Assembly: GCA_032718475.1 (NCBI GenBank)
Contig: JAUCBJ010001007.1
Span: forward strand, 1-64,000
Length of the DNA: 64,000 bases
From: Nemertoderma westbladi
Lineage: Eukaryota; Animalia; Xenacoelomorpha
Direction: 5' to 3'
Below are positions 61,872 through 64,000 of the stretch, piece by piece. The notes beneath the pieces are model-generated. The model was not told where the DNA came from. It was given only the letters and a program-made list of their open reading frames with translations, and made no database searches. The position numbers and the translations under genes are program-made. Numbering within the stretch: the first letter of the stretch is position 1; every line of letters starts with the position of its first letter.

Positions 61872-63259
61872 ACTCAATGTTCCTTTATCATATCCAATTT
61901 AGTCCGATATTTACATATATTTATATTTAAATTTATGGTTCAAAATTCCCGCCAGTTTCTCGTAATACTGTTTATACTGTTTATCCCTTATACCGGTAAT
62001 AGACAGTAATCACACCGTTTATATTTATTTATTTTGTGCTCGTAAAAGACCTGTTGGTTCAAAATTTGCACACAGCTTAATTTGTTATTAATTTGTCACC
62101 GCGAGTTTGGTCGTTCCTACATCTCTTCTTAACAATCAATGTAATCGAGAGAAAGTTAATTTAAAATTACTATTTTCAAGTGGACACATTTGTTTAAAAA
62201 TCCGTGACCAAAGTTTGTGTTTCATTATAGCAGTCGTTAATATTAATCAGTCAACGTCACTAGTTCAACCCATTGCATTCACCAGTTACTAAGCTTTTGA
62301 ACGCGCTATTACATATTTATAGCAGTATTCATAGAACTTGAGTCACACTCAGGAACATGAAGTCAACTCTCGTTTTGGACACGCTAAAATTGTGATATTT
62401 TTGGGGATTAACTGTCACAATATTTTCATAACTTAACGTAATAATATATTTTTACTATCACTAGAATCACCTTGAAAGCAGCTTTAAAACTGATATATAC
62501 ATTTAATATGTTACAACTAGGCTTACAAATGTGGGCTACATTCTGGACGGTGGTCTTGGCCACTTTTTTATGTTTTGGGCCTTAACATACTCGACATACT
62601 TCAACTGCATCCATGTGTGAATATCCCGGTTGGTTAGTATATTAACTGTCACAATAATTTCATAACTTAAAGTAATACAGTAATATATTTTTATTGTAAC
62701 ATTGTAACATTACTCAACGCCGTTAGTAATAACAGCGAGTTGTTATTTAGCACTTTACAACTTTAGAGGACATTACAGCAATTTATTGGCCTGTACATTT
62801 AGTATTGTATTCGGTGTTGTAATGTCCCTTGTTTACTATGTGGTAACCAATGACAGCGAGCTGTAAAGTTACGGCCTCATTGGTTACCACGTAAACAATA
62901 GGTGGTATTTTATTATTATTGCCTGACAGCCAGATAGGCCTACTGCATTACCTACCGTAGCTATTAATAACCAGTAGCTATAAACTATTAACATGGCTCC
63001 AAACGCCACCATAAATATAAGCTATCTTTTTTATAACGTAATTTATGTTGTTGCCGTCAGTTCCTGAACAGGGAATGGACGCCGATGTAAGATTCCGGGG
63101 GTTGCGCTAGATCCCGAAATACTATTCACCGGAATTATTGGTGTTGGGGAAACTCAGGATTTGTAATGCACTAACTGATTCCTTATAGACGAACTGATTC
63201 TAAATAATTTTGGGCTCCCATACACCAAATAATTAGAATAAACACATACATCAGTAATA

Positions 63260-64000
63260 AACCTACAGTACAAACAATTTATTTAGTATTTACTTTATAA
63301 GATGACAGACTTACTTTATATGATTTTAACCACCCCAACTACGTTTGATACCCATGTCTAGTCGGTGTCTGTAATGTCTGGTGAGGGGCTGCAGCTTCCG
63401 TTACATTCCGAGTCCTTTTCAGGCTCGTAATAGCTCTGTCGACTGCAGTCCACTCTGTCCATCAGTGTCGGGTGAGGATAGACAGCTTCCGTTACGTTCC
63501 GAGTCCTTTTCAGGCTTGTAATAGCTCCATCAGCGACCTGTCGCTCCATCCATTAATATCCGTAGTGTCTGGTGAGAGGATGCAGTTTTCCGTTACGTTC
63601 CGAGTCCTTTTCAGACTCGTAATAGCTCCGTAGACTGCAAACCACTCCATCCGTCGATGTCTGGCGGTCAAGCGAGGAAGTATGGTTTTCCGTCACGTTC
63701 CAAGTCCTTTTCAGGCTCGTAATAGCTCCGTAGACCATAATCCTCTCTGTAAGTCACAGGACGTCAGCGCGAGCAGAGAAGAGCGATTTCCGTTGCGTTC
63801 CGAGTCCTTTTCAGGCTCGTAATAACTCAGCAGAAAACAAACTTCACTCCATCAGTGTCGGTCCTTTGCGGAGCACTATACCGATTGGTTCCGATTCCTT
63901 TTCAGGCTCATACTACGCACAGCGAACTAGCGCACCACACAGGCGGTCCTAAGTCCGGTTCCCTTCCCGCTGTGTGGCCTCCTGGTCTGTTTGTTTCCCA
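63260..64000 (+). repeat. Unclassified repeat with ~90-105-bp tandem units (TTCCGAGTCCTTTTCAGGCTCGTAATAGCT core)
   Basis: Core recurs 6 times; homologous to 18990-19080 plus 20060-20400. Confidence 0.8.

Noticed and set aside
63380-63920. CRISPR-like repeat-spacer array
   Set aside because: Eukaryotic context, no cas genes, repeats are degenerate and the intervening segments resemble each other

Overview
Eukaryotic (invertebrate-like, AT-rich) genomic DNA, mostly transposon-derived. The only clear host genes are two paralogous Cys-loop (GABA-A/glycine-receptor-like) channel subunits with intronless coding regions (14182-15792, 51350-53041). Between them lies an 18.56-kb BEL/Pao LTR retrotransposon (31249-49808; near-identical ~1.17-kb LTRs; GGAGT TSD). 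In the env position it carries a ~1417-codon ORF3, split by one TAG, encoding a DEDDy/RNase D-type 3'-5' exonuclease-like domain plus three CCHC zinc knuckles. A second, very divergent, internally deleted BEL/Pao element on the opposite strand (24533-~30975) carries a homologous exonuclease + zinc-knuckle module, suggesting a lineage-level accessory gene. The large element lacks a tRNA-type PBS; its PBS-position 11-mer is complementary to an 11-mer inside the LTR (possible Tf1-like self-priming). The rest comprises nested L2/RTE/CRE LINEs, a solo LTR, foldback/MITE DNA elements, a hAT remnant, a Penelope fragment and 30-bp minisatellites. All family calls are from motif recognition by eye; no database searches were run, and degenerate-element boundaries are approximate.
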